From assembly GCA_965218435.1 (NCBI GenBank), contig CBDCKW010000009.1, positions 3,776,001 through 3,840,000 on the forward strand: a stretch of 64,000 bases of DNA, written 5' to 3'. Positions within the stretch are counted from its first letter, which is position 1, and each line of letters begins with the position of its first letter. Source of the stretch: Truepera sp. (GTDB taxonomy: Bacteria > Deinococcota > Deinococci > Deinococcales > Trueperaceae). Below the pieces are notes generated by a model, which had not been told where the DNA came from, did no database searches, and worked only from the letters and a program-made list of their open reading frames with translations. Shown here piece by piece: positions 18,981 through 29,500 of this stretch. A program made the translations under genes and the position numbers.

Positions 18981-20156
18981 TTAAGCTCTAGCGAGCGCCC
19001 GCTCCCGTAATTCGGCAACTTTATCGGTCTTCTCCCACGGGAACCCCGCCCGGCCAAAATGCCCGTAGGCGCTCGTCTCCCGGTAGATGGGGCGTTTGAG
19101 GTCAAGCTGCGCGATAATCGCGCCCGGACGGGCGTCGAACACATCTTGTAAAAGTTCGGCTAGCGTCTCATCGGGTAGGTCCGAAGTGCCGAAGGTGTCT
19201 ACATAGATACCCACGGGTTGCGCGACGCCGATAGCGTAGGCGAGCTGCACCTGGGCGCGTTTGGCGAGGCCCGCCGCCACGAGGTTTTTGGCCATATAAC
19301 GCGCGTAGTATGAGGCGCTCCGGTCAACTTTAGTTGGGTCTTTGCCGCTAAACGCGCCCCCGCCGTGCGGCGCGGCCCCGCCGTAGGTATCGACGATAAT
19401 TTTGCGGCCCGTCAGCCCTGCGTCTCCTTCCGGGCCACCGATCACAAAACGCCCGGTCGGGTTGATATAAAAGCGGGTGTCGGCGGTGAGCAGGTGCTCG
19501 GGGATAACGGCGCGGATGATGTGCGTCTCGAGGTCACCTTGAAGCTGTTCTAAACTCACATCCGGGTGGTGCTGCGCCGAGAGAACGACCGCTGTCACCT
19601 CGACCGGCGTGTCGCCGTCGTAAGCAATCGTGACCTGCGCTTTCCCGTCAGGGCGGAGGTAGGGGAGAAGTCCGGTTTTTCTCACCTCGGCCAGACGGTA
19701 CGTCAGTGCGTGGGCGAGGGTGATCGGCAGCGGCATCAGCTCGGGGGTTTCGTCCGTGGCGTAGCCGAACATCAACCCTTGATCGCCAGCTCCGATAAGA
19801 TCGTATGGGTCGCCGGTACCCGCGTTTTGTGAGTGCGCTACGCCCTGGGCAATATCGGGCGACTGTTCGGTAATAGCAATCAGCACCGCCGAGTGGTCGG
19901 CGTCAATGCCGTAAGCCGCGTCGGTATAGCCGACTTCACGAACCGTGTCGCGCACGAGCCGCTGCACGTCCACGTAGCCGTTACAGGTGACCTCACCGGC
20001 AATCAGCGCGAGACCCTTCGTAAGGATGGTTTCAGCCGCGACGCGGGCGTCGGGGTCAACGGCTAACATCGCGTCGAGCACGCTGTCGCTAATGCGGTCG
20101 GCGAGTTTGTCGGGGTGGCCTTCAGTCACCGATTCCGAGGTAATGAGTTTGTACAT
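18981..20156 (-). CDS. metK: S-adenosylmethionine synthetase
   Basis: [34 protein letters not shown]. Confidence 0.98.
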   Translation of the reverse strand: MYKLITSESVTEGHPDKLADRISDSVLDAMLAVDPDARVAAETILTKGLALIAGEVTCNGYVDVQRLVRDTVREVGYTDAAYGIDADHSAVLIAITEQSPDIAQGVAHSQNAGTGDPYDLIGAGDQGLMFGYATDETPELMPLPITLAHALTYRLAEVRKTGLLPYLRPDGKAQVTIAYDGDTPVEVTAVVLSAQHHPDVSLEQLQGDLETHIIRAVIPEHLLTADTRFYINPTGRFVIGGPEGDAGLTGRKIIVDTYGGAAPHGGGAFSGKDPTKVDRSASYYARYMAKNLVAAGLAKRAQVQLAYAIGVAQPVGIYVDTFGTSDLPDETLAELLQDVFDARPGAIIAQLDLKRPIYRETSAYGHFGRAGFPWEKTDKVAELRERALARA

Positions 20157-20419
20157 AGTAATGACTCCTAATAAAAGGGTTGGGGTTTTCTCAAGTATCG
20201 CAGCGTCTGCCGCGCAGGTTGGGCGAGTATAGCAAGGGGTAAGACGGGTTTAAGCACGCTACCTTACGGCTTTTAGGGGTGCTGACCCGCTTTTTGATGA
20301 CGTGTTTGCTACCTCGAGCAGCACTTCGAAATACGGCCAAGCGGCGGCTGGGCGTGTGCCTGTTTATTGGGTTCTGGTGCCGATATCCTACCTAAAAAGT
20401 GGGGGTATACTGGCGCTCT

Positions 20420-20959
20420 GTGTCTGTCTCTGCTTCGCACAACGTCGTTATCCGCCCTGCAACCGTCTCAGACGCTGCCGGACTAGGGACTTTGCACCGC
20501 GGCATCTACGGAGAGGGTCGCTGGTTTGTCGGCGACGGCTCCCCGACAACCGAAACGCTGCGCGGGCGAATTCGGGCGCTCGCTCCTACTCGTTCGCTCT
20601 ACCTGGTTGCGGCGGAAACCGGTGACTTAGGAACTAAAACAGCCCTTAAAAGTGAATTGCGGGGCTGGCTCGAGCTCCACCGTTTAACGCCGCAAAAGCT
20701 CGAGCACGTCGCGGTTTTGACGCTGGCGGTCGGGGAACCGTTTCGGCGGCGGGGGCTGGCCGGAGCACTGTTAGCGCACGCCTATCCGTGGGCGCGTGAG
20801 GTCGGCGTGCTTAAAATTCAGCTGAGCGTCCGAGCTAGAAACGCAGCGGCAGTGTCGCTCTACGAGCGCGAAGGCTTTGAACTCGAGGGCCGTGAACGGA
20901 GTCAGGTGTTTGACGACGAGGGTTTTGAAGATAACCTCCTGATGGCCAAGTTTTTGTAG
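20420..20959 (+). CDS. GNAT family N-acetyltransferase
   Basis: FRRRGLAGALL and NAAAVSLYEREGF; TATACT -10 before GTG 20420. Confidence 0.88.
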   Translation: MSVSASHNVVIRPATVSDAAGLGTLHRGIYGEGRWFVGDGSPTTETLRGRIRALAPTRSLYLVAAETGDLGTKTALKSELRGWLELHRLTPQKLEHVAVLTLAVGEPFRRRGLAGALLAHAYPWAREVGVLKIQLSVRARNAAAVSLYEREGFELEGRERSQVFDDEGFEDNLLMAKFL

Positions 20960-21014
20960 CCTTTGCGTCTTAGCTCCGTCAGGGCTGCCTTAGCCTAGTC
21001 TTATACTTATGGTG

Positions 21015-21557
21015 ATGGATACGCCTAGTCTAGCCTCGAGTATACGAATTGGTGAATGGCCCGAGCAGCGTGTCGCGCTCTTTGTGGATACGCAAAACCT
21101 CTACTACGCCGCCCGCGACGTTTATAGCCGCCACGTAGACTATGAAACGTTGTTGTCGCTGAGTATCCGGGGCCGCCACTTGGCGCAGGCGAGCGCCTAT
21201 GTGGTCGAGCGTGAAGGGGAGGCGACCGCCTACGGCTTTGTCACCAAACTCTCGTCGCTCGGTTACCGGGTTCGCCGCCGTAAAGTGCGCGTTCACCGCG
21301 CCGACAGCGGTGGACGGCCCGTGTTAGAAGGCGATTGGGATATGGGCGTCGCTGCCGACATCGTACGGGCGTGGGAGTTTGTCGAGGTGATTGTCTTGGC
21401 GAGTGGCGATGGGGATTTTGTGCCTCTGTTAGAACTGGCGCAGCAGCGGGGGAAACGCGTTGAGGTGTTGTCATTTCGGGAAGCCTCCTCTCAACTCCTC
21501 TTAGACATGGCCGACGCGTTTCAGAACCTCGCCGATGTTCCTGATATATTCGTCTAA
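21015..21557 (+). CDS. NYN domain (LabA/DUF88) protein
   Basis: FVDTQNL, DWDMG, LASGDGDFVPL. Confidence 0.9.
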   Translation: MDTPSLASSIRIGEWPEQRVALFVDTQNLYYAARDVYSRHVDYETLLSLSIRGRHLAQASAYVVEREGEATAYGFVTKLSSLGYRVRRRKVRVHRADSGGRPVLEGDWDMGVAADIVRAWEFVEVIVLASGDGDFVPLLELAQQRGKRVEVLSFREASSQLLLDMADAFQNLADVPDIFV

Positions 21558-21831
21558 ACCAGTCTAAAAATCCAGCTGGGCAGTGTCGGCATTTGCTTTT
21601 ATCGTTATGCTCTAAGTGTGTAAAGATGCTGTTTTCTTTTGTAAGCTGGTAGCTTCCGACTTCTTTATTCTGAATTCTTACTTCTTTTAGATAGCACGCT
21701 GGAAACGCTGCAAGCTGACTTTAGAAGGCTGCCAGACCCCAGCAATTGGGTTGACCACCGCTGAGGGTAGACTCAGCTTCACGTAGGGTAAAGTGTGAGT
21801 CTGTTACCAACCATCTCTTTGAGGCGTCGTT

Positions 21832-23325
21832 ATGGCTGCTGACCCGACCCCCAACTTAACTCCTGATTTGAACAAAGTCGCCGCCCGCTATGAAGCGGCG
21901 CTGCCCGCCGGTACGCTGCTGAGTTTTCCGGTGACTCAACTTGACGCAACGGGCGTACCGTCGTGGAGCGTGACGCTGATTCCGGGGAGTCCGAGCGGGG
22001 GTCACGGTTACGGCTGGGGCGACGCGCAAGCTAAAGTGAGTGCGCTGGGTGAGCTGCACGAACGGTTGCAAAGCCAACTCGTCATCCCGACGCTACCGAC
22101 CGAGCGGGCGTCATACGCTGAGCTCATACAAACTTACGGGGAACAGGTTGTCACCGACCCATTGACGCTTTCGCTCCCGGCAGGGAGCCCTTACACGCCG
22201 GAGACGCCCCGTTTGTGGGTCACGATGACGCGTTTTGGTACCGGTGAGGCGGTCTGGGTCCCGTTAGAAACGGCAGCCTCGAGCCCCGCTGAACTCCCTA
22301 CCGGCTACGAGCCCCTTTACTTAAGCGTTTCCAACGGTCTCGGCGCAGGGTTTAGTACCGAGCAGGCCCTCAGCCACGCCGTGTTTGAACTGTTACAGCG
22401 CGACGGCAATAGCGTCAACTACCGGGCACTCGATCAGGGCGTCGGGGTTGACCTCGCCGGGGCCGAGTTGCCGGAGCGGGTGACGGGCTTGCTGAGGCGT
22501 TTTGCCGATCTCGGGGTAGACGTGCAGGTCAAGCTCGCGGCGACCGACTTCGGCCTGACCAATGTCTACGTCGTCGGGGCAAATCCGGCGGGGGAGACGG
22601 TAGGAGCGTCAGTGGGCATTATGGCGGCGGGCGCAGGCGAGGCGTGTCATCCGGCTAAAGATGTGGCCCTCGAGAAAGCCCTGCTGGAATTCGCCGCCGC
22701 CCGGACTCGTTTGGCGTTTAATCACGGGTCTCTGGAGCGCGTGCAGGAGCTTGCGCCGCCGGGGTATCTCGAGACTTATCAGCGGGCATTCGGTAACCTG
22801 CCCGAAGAGGCGCGGGCGCTTTCAGCGATGCAGGCGTGGCTACAGCTCGAGCCCAAAACGCTCCGTGACCGTTTAGCAAAAGTTTATGAAGTCCGCCGTC
22901 AAGTGCCGTGGCGTGAGCTGCCACACGCGCAACCCGCCGACCCACTGACCGACGCCGTAACGCGGCTCGCAGGCTTTGACCTGCTCTACTTAGAACTCGC
23001 CAGCCCCAAAGCTCGAGAGCACGGCGTCACTGCAGTAAAGGCGGTGGTACCGGGGCTCGAGGTCGAAACGGTCAGCTATACCCGCCTGGGTGCGCGCAAC
23101 CTGACCCGGTTACTGGACAGAGAAAGTCCGTTTGCCGGACTGGGTATGCCCCCGGCCGGAGCCGCACCGATTCGGCTGACCGAAGAGGCTGAGGCTGCGT
23201 TCGGCACTCCCGCATGGCTCGGTATAGAAGCCCTGACCCGCTTTGCCGACCCTCTTTACCCGCTCTACCGTGAACCCAGCCGCCACGCGGCGCGTTGGGC
23301 TGAACTGGATACACTAGACCGGTGA
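21832..23325 (+). CDS. YcaO-family protein
   Basis: SALGELHER, SNGLGAG, ELLQRDG, KALLEFAAAR, VVPGLE motifs of the YcaO ATP-binding fold. Confidence 0.85.
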   Translation: MAADPTPNLTPDLNKVAARYEAALPAGTLLSFPVTQLDATGVPSWSVTLIPGSPSGGHGYGWGDAQAKVSALGELHERLQSQLVIPTLPTERASYAELIQTYGEQVVTDPLTLSLPAGSPYTPETPRLWVTMTRFGTGEAVWVPLETAASSPAELPTGYEPLYLSVSNGLGAGFSTEQALSHAVFELLQRDGNSVNYRALDQGVGVDLAGAELPERVTGLLRRFADLGVDVQVKLAATDFGLTNVYVVGANPAGETVGASVGIMAAGAGEACHPAKDVALEKALLEFAAARTRLAFNHGSLERVQELAPPGYLETYQRAFGNLPEEARALSAMQAWLQLEPKTLRDRLAKVYEVRRQVPWRELPHAQPADPLTDAVTRLAGFDLLYLELASPKAREHGVTAVKAVVPGLEVETVSYTRLGARNLTRLLDRESPFAGLGMPPAGAAPIRLTEEAEAAFGTPAWLGIEALTRFADPLYPLYREPSRHAARWAELDTLDR

Positions 23326-24353
23326 CCCAATTATCCACCCCGCTATCTTTTGAGCAGTTTGCGAAGTTGATGACGATCTGTGCCCGCCGTGACCTGCGGT
23401 TTGAAGGTGTCCCGATGTATTTGGGGTTGGCGGCTTTGGACAAAGCCGCCACCTTTACGCCCGCCGCCGCCGGAGCCGAGCTCGCCGCCGCTGCCGAGAC
23501 CTTGTTCGCCCAATTTTTAGCGCACAACCCCGACCCTTCGGTGCTCGAGCTGCGCCTGTTTGTCGAAACGCTCGCCCAAGGCTTGTTCAGCCCGACCCTG
23601 ACCCCGGCCCCTGAGCCGATTGATATTGTGCGGCCTGACGAAGAGGAGCCGTCCCTAATGCTTCCTAAACCGTTTGAGGCGTCGTTTAGGGAGCTATTGG
23701 CAAACTTTCGCGCGGGCAGCTACCTCCGCACCGTCAACTTTCACAGCACGCCGCGAAGTAGCGCCGCTTATTACGCCAAGCTCTTACGTTGGTACGCCGA
23801 GCACTTTTCCACACTAGATGAGGGTGATTTGGAGGAATTCTTTAACACCGGCCGCTGGCATAAAGAAAAGCCGCCGCTGCTGCTGTCTTTTTTTGAGGGA
23901 ACCCGTAACCACTATGAGGTCATCCTGCCGCTGTTAGAACGCTACGGACTCACCGCCTGGTTTTTTATCATTCCGCACTTTTTGGAGGTGCCGCCCGCCG
24001 AACAGGTAACCTACGCAAATACGCACTACATCGGCGTGACCCCCGGCGAGTACGGTGACGAGCGCCTCACGCTTTCTTGGAACGAGGTGCGGGAGCTGAG
24101 CCAAAACCACGTCATCGTCAGCCATACTTTGACGCACACCGCCCTGACGCCCGACTCGTCCGACGCGCTGATGATACGTGAAATTGAAGTGTCTAAACGC
24201 GTGTTAGAGGCGCAACTCGGCCGAGAGGTCGAGAGCTTCGCGTGGCTGCTCGGGGCTGAACACGGCCTCAACCCGAGGGCCGACGCCTATTTGCTGCGTG
24301 CCGGTTACCGCTATCTGTTCAGCACCTTTAAGCTGCAGCGGCTGCGCGGTTGA
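23322..24353 (+). CDS. Polysaccharide-deacetylase (NodB)-like protein with N-terminal extension
   Basis: VNFH, LPLLERYGLTAWFFI, LSWNEVREL, SHTLTH, EIEVSKRVLE; motif 1 is SFFEG rather than TFDDG; GTGA overlap with ycaO. Confidence 0.8.
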   Translation: MTQLSTPLSFEQFAKLMTICARRDLRFEGVPMYLGLAALDKAATFTPAAAGAELAAAAETLFAQFLAHNPDPSVLELRLFVETLAQGLFSPTLTPAPEPIDIVRPDEEEPSLMLPKPFEASFRELLANFRAGSYLRTVNFHSTPRSSAAYYAKLLRWYAEHFSTLDEGDLEEFFNTGRWHKEKPPLLLSFFEGTRNHYEVILPLLERYGLTAWFFIIPHFLEVPPAEQVTYANTHYIGVTPGEYGDERLTLSWNEVRELSQNHVIVSHTLTHTALTPDSSDALMIREIEVSKRVLEAQLGREVESFAWLLGAEHGLNPRADAYLLRAGYRYLFSTFKLQRLRG

Positions 24354-24433
24354 CGTGCGTTTCTCCAGGCCGTAGCAGTACGGGTGTGCATTTCTAAACG
24401 TTTTCCTAAAAAGGCGCAAGGTAGGATGCTACG

Positions 24434-24802
24434 GTGTCCGAGGTAACGCCTGAAACCACGCAGTCCGTGCTGCCCCTGACTGTGACCCTGTGTGGCCGTT
24501 TGGGAAAGCTCACCGCGATAACTGAACCGGCCGCTGAAGCCGTAACTTCAGGAGGCAACACGGTTGGCGCGGACGGTTGCTGGGTCTGGCGAACCGACGA
24601 AGGGTTTTTGCGTACGGCTACACCTACGCACAGCTCGCTCCTCAGCCTCGCTTGCGACGTAGCCGAGCTTTATCATCAGCACTGCACGCTGCAGCTAAGT
24701 GGCTTGCCCGGTGAAAGGCTCGAGGTGATCTGGCTCGAGCTGGCTGCGGATAATGCCTTACTGGTTTTTTTGAAGCCGGTCGTTCCTAATACCTACACTT
24801 AA
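24434..24802 (+). CDS. Hypothetical protein
   Basis: 122 aa; TAGGAT-N6-GTG leaderless start; followed by a terminator. Confidence 0.55.
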   Translation: MSEVTPETTQSVLPLTVTLCGRLGKLTAITEPAAEAVTSGGNTVGADGCWVWRTDEGFLRTATPTHSSLLSLACDVAELYHQHCTLQLSGLPGERLEVIWLELAADNALLVFLKPVVPNTYT

Positions 24803-24811
24803 CTAAAGACA

Positions 24812-24856
24812 AAAGCCGACTGAGAAGAGCGACCCACGCTTTTTTCAGTCGGCTTT
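24812..24856. terminator. Bidirectional intrinsic terminator
   Basis: AAAGCCGACTGAGAAGAGCG-ACCCA-CGCTTTTTTCAGTCGGCTTT between convergent genes. Confidence 0.85.
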
Positions 24857-24906
24857 GGCATCAGGCTTGGGACTCGCCCAAAACTAGCCCTACAACTTCT
24901 AACTTC

Positions 24907-25554
24907 TTAAAAGTATTCAGACCAAACAAATGAGTCTGGAATAGCTCCCGAGGTTAGGACGGTACCGCTCTCTGTAAAGCTTGTGATGACCTGATTCCAA
25001 CCGGGAGCCAAAGTGATGTCAACAGCACTAAGACCCGTTTGTGAACCTACTACACAGGTTGCTTTGCTCTTATAGGCGTCTGTGACATAAATCCACGCTC
25101 CACGTTTCCCAGAGCCTTGTGGGTCTCCAAGATTGTAAAAGCCTACGACTTCAGCACTTGTAGTCGGCGTCGTCACCGCAGATGCGACAATAGAAATGAG
25201 AAACGCTGCCTTCGGGTCTGCTGCGGTGCAACCAAGGGGTATAAAGGTGCTTTCATCAGGAGCCGAAAGCTCGATACGAAACGCGCCGCCCGTTGAGACG
25301 TTACTTTTGTATAGCGGTGGGGCGAGCTCGAGCGTATCAGAATCGGGATTGGAGCCGACCGAGGCCGAGTAACCGGCTACTAGGGTAATAAAAGCTTCAC
25401 CCGCAGACCAACCTGTGAGCATGCCGGAAATCTCAGTAACCGGAAAAGTTCCGGGTAGCTGTTCGGGCGGCTTGGTGACGACAGGCTCTCGACATCCCGC
25501 TAAGATAGTAGTACAGCAGGTTAACAGTAAGGCCAAACGGGTACCTCTTAGCAT
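24907..25554 (-). CDS. Hypothetical lipoprotein
   Basis: Lipobox ILAGC; AGGAG SD; LAPGWNQV beta-rich C-terminus. Confidence 0.75.
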   Translation of the reverse strand: MLRGTRLALLLTCCTTILAGCREPVVTKPPEQLPGTFPVTEISGMLTGWSAGEAFITLVAGYSASVGSNPDSDTLELAPPLYKSNVSTGGAFRIELSAPDESTFIPLGCTAADPKAAFLISIVASAVTTPTTSAEVVGFYNLGDPQGSGKRGAWIYVTDAYKSKATCVVGSQTGLSAVDITLAPGWNQVITSFTESGTVLTSGAIPDSFVWSEYF

Positions 25555-25740
25555 CTTATAGACTCCTAACCTATTAGCATCAGATATTCTTAAACAGCTT
25601 GACAGAGCTCATGTTGGTTCAGTGAATTTATCAAGCTTCGTGATTTCATAGTTTTTACATCTTTTGCTCACATTTTTGGTGCGACCGTTTTGAAACGTTT
25701 CTGACGAGACGCACATTAAACTACGCGCTATAGTCCTCTT

Positions 25741-26916
25741 ATGACCAACAACCCGGTATTTGTAACAGCCCTGCGCACGCCTGTCGGTAGAGCGCACAAA
25801 GGAATGCTCAAAGACACCCGCCCCGACGACCTCGGCGGCTTTATCTTAAAAGAGGCGTTGGCCCATACGACCGGTTTAGACCCGGAGCGTATTGACGATG
25901 TGCTTATGGGCAACGCGCACCCCGAAGGCGAAGCGGGGTACAACGTGGCGCGAATTGCGCTGCAGATTGCCGGATTGCCGGATTCGGTCGCGGGCGCAAC
26001 GGTCAACCGCTTTTGCGCCTCGGGCCTGCAGACGATGGTGCAGGGGTCGCAGGCAGTGGCGGCGGGGATGTGTGAGGTCGTCTTTGCCGGGGGTGTTGAC
26101 TGCACCTCGAGAGTACCGATGGGCGGTCACACGGTGTCGATTAATAAGGCGCTCTATAAACGTTTGCCGGGAGCCTACGCCACGATGGGGCAGACGGCTG
26201 AGGCAGTCGCAAGGAAGTTCGGGATCAGCCGTGAGCAGCAAGACGCGTTTGCCCTCCGGTCACACCAAAAAGCAGTGGCGGCGCAGGAAGCCGGACGTTT
26301 TGAGACTCAGGTCGTCCCGGTTAAGACGAGGGTCAAAGATGAAGCGGGTGACTGGCGCGAGGTCACCCTCACCAAAGACGAAGGCCCACGAGCCGGTACG
26401 ACGATGGAAAAGCTCGCAGGACTTAAAACGGTCTTTGCCGATGACGCCGCCGCGACGGTGACGGCGGGGAACTCGAGCCCCCTCAACGACGGCGCGGCGA
26501 TGACCGTGATGATGACCGACACTATGGCCCAAAGCCTCGGCCTTAAACCGCTCGCGTCCCTCGTGCAGGCGGCAGTGGTCGGCGTTGACCCTGCGATTAT
26601 GGGCGTTGGGCCGGTTCCGGCAATTCATAAACTGCTCGGCAAGGTCGGGATGCAGGTCTCAGATATTGACCTTTTTGAGATCAACGAAGCGTTTGCCAGC
26701 CAGTGTTTTTACGCTCAACAAGAGCTCGGGATTCCGGACGAAAAGCTTAATGTAAACGGCGGCGCAATCGCCATCGGTCACCCCCTCGGCGCGACGGGCG
26801 CACGGATTGCCGCCGACCTCTTTGTAGAGATGACCCGCCGCGACGCCGAATACGGCGTCATCTCGATGTGTGTCGGCGGTGGACAAGGGATGGCGGCACT
26901 GTTTAAGCGTGCCTAA
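25741..26916 (+). CDS. Thiolase (acetyl-CoA C-acyltransferase)
   Basis: NRFCASGL, EINEAFA, GHPLGATG, CVGGGQG. Confidence 0.96.
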   Translation: MTNNPVFVTALRTPVGRAHKGMLKDTRPDDLGGFILKEALAHTTGLDPERIDDVLMGNAHPEGEAGYNVARIALQIAGLPDSVAGATVNRFCASGLQTMVQGSQAVAAGMCEVVFAGGVDCTSRVPMGGHTVSINKALYKRLPGAYATMGQTAEAVARKFGISREQQDAFALRSHQKAVAAQEAGRFETQVVPVKTRVKDEAGDWREVTLTKDEGPRAGTTMEKLAGLKTVFADDAAATVTAGNSSPLNDGAAMTVMMTDTMAQSLGLKPLASLVQAAVVGVDPAIMGVGPVPAIHKLLGKVGMQVSDIDLFEINEAFASQCFYAQQELGIPDEKLNVNGGAIAIGHPLGATGARIAADLFVEMTRRDAEYGVISMCVGGGQGMAALFKRA

Positions 26917-26977
26917 AGATAAAGGAATCTTCACGAGCGTAAGAAACTTGTAAGACTCTCTCGTTTACATTGTGAGC

Positions 26978-27343
26978 GTGGCAACTATCCTTATCGTCGA
27001 CGACCATCCCACCATGCGCTTTTTGCTCAAAAGTATCTTGAAGAGTGAGGGGCATCACGTCTTAGAGGCTGCCGACGGCCAAGCCGCGCTCGCCAGCCTC
27101 GCCGCGTCCCCTGACGTTGCGCTGTTAGTCACCGACGTAGATATGCCGGTGATGAACGGGCTCGAGCTGCTCCGTGCCCTCAGCTTCCGCGCCGACTTAC
27201 CCAAGCTCGTTATCAGCGGCGGCGCGGCCGCGCCGCCGCTGGCCGACCTTGGCGTCAGCGGCTTTTTTAGCAAACCCTTAAACCTAGCGCAGTTCAAACA
27301 CACCGTCGCGCGGCTTATCGGTCCTGAGGTCGCCGCAACTTAA
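26978..27343 (+). CDS. Single-domain response regulator
   Basis: ILIVDD, TDVDMPVMNGLE, SKP. Confidence 0.9.
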   Translation: MATILIVDDHPTMRFLLKSILKSEGHHVLEAADGQAALASLAASPDVALLVTDVDMPVMNGLELLRALSFRADLPKLVISGGAAAPPLADLGVSGFFSKPLNLAQFKHTVARLIGPEVAAT

Positions 27344-27420
27344 CCGCCAAGTAACGACGGTGCGGCGCTGTATGTGCCTATCTACGAGTTTATACGAGAT
27401 ACGGGCGGTATTCTGGAGGC

Positions 27421-28254
27421 GTGCCGAACGTCTCCCGCCGCGACTTTTTAGGTTACCTGCTGACCGGCGGGGCCGCGCTCTTGGCGGGCCGTGTTGCGGG
27501 CAACGTCTATCACGCCGAAGTTACGCACCACCGGCTGACGCTGCCCAACCTTAAAGCCCCGCTGCGCGTGGTGCAACTGAGCGACTTGCACTACGGCCCC
27601 TATATTCATGCCGGGTCGGTCAGAACGTGGGTGGCGCAGGCCCAAGCGGAGCAAGCTGACCTCACCGTGATTACCGGCGACCTGGTTGACCGCTGGTTGA
27701 GACGGCCTTTAGAACCGCTGACCGAGGCGCTTGCGGGTCTCAGTGCGCCGCTCGGCGTCTGGGCGTGTTTGGGTAACCACGACCGTGTTCGCTTCAAAGA
27801 CCGTATCGGCGTCCTCGAGGCCGCTCTAGCCGAAGCCGGGGTTACGCTCTTAGTCAATCAGGGTAAGCCACTCCGAGATGACCTTTATCTGGCCGCCGTA
27901 GACGACTACAGCACGGGTTACCCAAACTTGGGGGCAGCCCTTAAAGATGCGCCGGGGCGTATGGCGACGCTGCTACTCTGCCACCAACCCGACTACTTCC
28001 CGCAGATGACCATGCACACCGACCTGACGCTGACTGGACACACGCACGGTGGTCAGGTGCAGCTGCCTTTTATCGGCGCACCGGTCACCTCGTCGGCTTA
28101 CGGCGAGCGTTACCTCGAGGGCTGGGCACCGCCACCCGACCGGCGCTTCGGCAAAGCCTACGTCGTCCGGGGACTGGGTGTGAGCTTTTTGCCGGTGCGT
28201 CTAAATTGTCCGGCAGAGCTGGCGGTATTTGACATTTCTCCCGCAAACCTTTAA
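27421..28254 (+). CDS. Metallophosphoesterase (YkuE-like) with twin-arginine-like N-terminus
   Basis: SRRDFL; SDLH, TGDLVD, LGNHD, GHTHGGQ. Confidence 0.9.
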   Translation: MPNVSRRDFLGYLLTGGAALLAGRVAGNVYHAEVTHHRLTLPNLKAPLRVVQLSDLHYGPYIHAGSVRTWVAQAQAEQADLTVITGDLVDRWLRRPLEPLTEALAGLSAPLGVWACLGNHDRVRFKDRIGVLEAALAEAGVTLLVNQGKPLRDDLYLAAVDDYSTGYPNLGAALKDAPGRMATLLLCHQPDYFPQMTMHTDLTLTGHTHGGQVQLPFIGAPVTSSAYGERYLEGWAPPPDRRFGKAYVVRGLGVSFLPVRLNCPAELAVFDISPANL

Positions 28255-28450
28255 GAAGTAAAATGTAAGAAATCTCACATCGTTCTATGAGTAACATGAT
28301 AATAATAGGACAAAATTAACTTCACAAAGGAATAGAACCGCTCAGCGTTCACCTCAACCAAAGTCTGGATAGACACTTGTAAAAGGTAGTTTTCCGGCTT
28401 CTAAACCCTTCTGGCTTGCAGAAAACTGGAGTTGGGTATGAAAAACAGTA

Positions 28451-29425
28451 TTGGTGGTTCGTCGGTGGTTCGTCGGTTTAGGAGTGCCCCTTTTACTTGC
28501 AGCGTGTTCGTCAACCCCTAATTTTAATTCTGAAGTTGCAACAACAGCAGAAAGCGTTGATTATCTAGCTGTCGAGCAGTATAAACCCTCGTTACCCGTT
28601 GTAGACGCGGCTACCTTGTCCGACGAAGCGTTGGCAGAAACAAAGTCCAAAGGTGACAAAAAGGTTCTTAAAGAGTTTAAGTTCAAAGACGGTAGTGTTA
28701 CCAGCTATATAACCGTTGGAGATTACGTTGTCGAGGGCGATCTGTTTTTAGGTACAATCGAGGAATTTGAAAATCAACTCAAGATTAAGAACGACAAGCT
28801 CAGTTCCAATGAACCATTGCTGTCACCTCAAGGTGCGTTTTTAGCTGACGTTAGAAGATGGCCTGGTGGCATTATTTATGTGGATTCGGCACCCTTAACG
28901 CCAACGTTCACGGCCTCCCAGAATCAAGACATTCAAGACGCGATGAATATCTACAACAACCGGACTGATATCAAGTTCAGGTTAGCTTCCAGCGGGAACC
29001 GAATCAAATTCACTAACACTAACAACGGGTGTTATAGCAACTCTTTAGGTATGGCTGGGAACGGCGTCCAGGTTGTGAATCTAGCGGACAACTGTTTTAC
29101 CAGCGCAAATGTGGGTACGATTATCCATGAACTTGGTCACGCCATCGGCATGATTCATGAGCACAATCGTCCAGAGAGGGACAATTATATAACGCCCTCG
29201 AGTAATCTGACTTCCTATGGACTCAGCCAATTTCAAAAGTCTGGGGCAACTGTGTGGAGTACATACGATTATCCATCTGTTATGCACTATCCGAAATATA
29301 CCTATGACACAAAGTTTGTAAAAGATCCTTCAAAGCCTATGTTCACGACTAAAGGGTATACCGGTGTTGTTCGAGGTCCAGGACTCTCGAACAAAGACGT
29401 TAGCACAGTCAACTCAGCTTATTAA
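28451..29425 (+). CDS. Astacin-family (M12A) metalloprotease lipoprotein; 5' end possibly frameshifted from ATG 28438
   Basis: Lipobox LLAAC; HELGHAIGMIHEHNRPERD; Met-turn SVMHY; low GC. Confidence 0.88.
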   Translation: MVVRRWFVGLGVPLLLAACSSTPNFNSEVATTAESVDYLAVEQYKPSLPVVDAATLSDEALAETKSKGDKKVLKEFKFKDGSVTSYITVGDYVVEGDLFLGTIEEFENQLKIKNDKLSSNEPLLSPQGAFLADVRRWPGGIIYVDSAPLTPTFTASQNQDIQDAMNIYNNRTDIKFRLASSGNRIKFTNTNNGCYSNSLGMAGNGVQVVNLADNCFTSANVGTIIHELGHAIGMIHEHNRPERDNYITPSSNLTSYGLSQFQKSGATVWSTYDYPSVMHYPKYTYDTKFVKDPSKPMFTTKGYTGVVRGPGLSNKDVSTVNSAY

Positions 29426-29500
29426 TATCTAAGTTCACATCTTAGCTATGTTCATCACTCAAAGATTAAGTGGTGAACATAGTTGTGTCTGGGAGATTAC

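Noticed and set aside
20157..20240. SAM riboswitch upstream of metK
   Set aside because: The leader is short and lacks recognisable SAM-I or SAM-II core motifs
21558..21831. RiPP precursor peptide for the YcaO
   Set aside because: No convincing SD- or -10-supported short ORF with a Cys/Ser/Thr-rich core was seen
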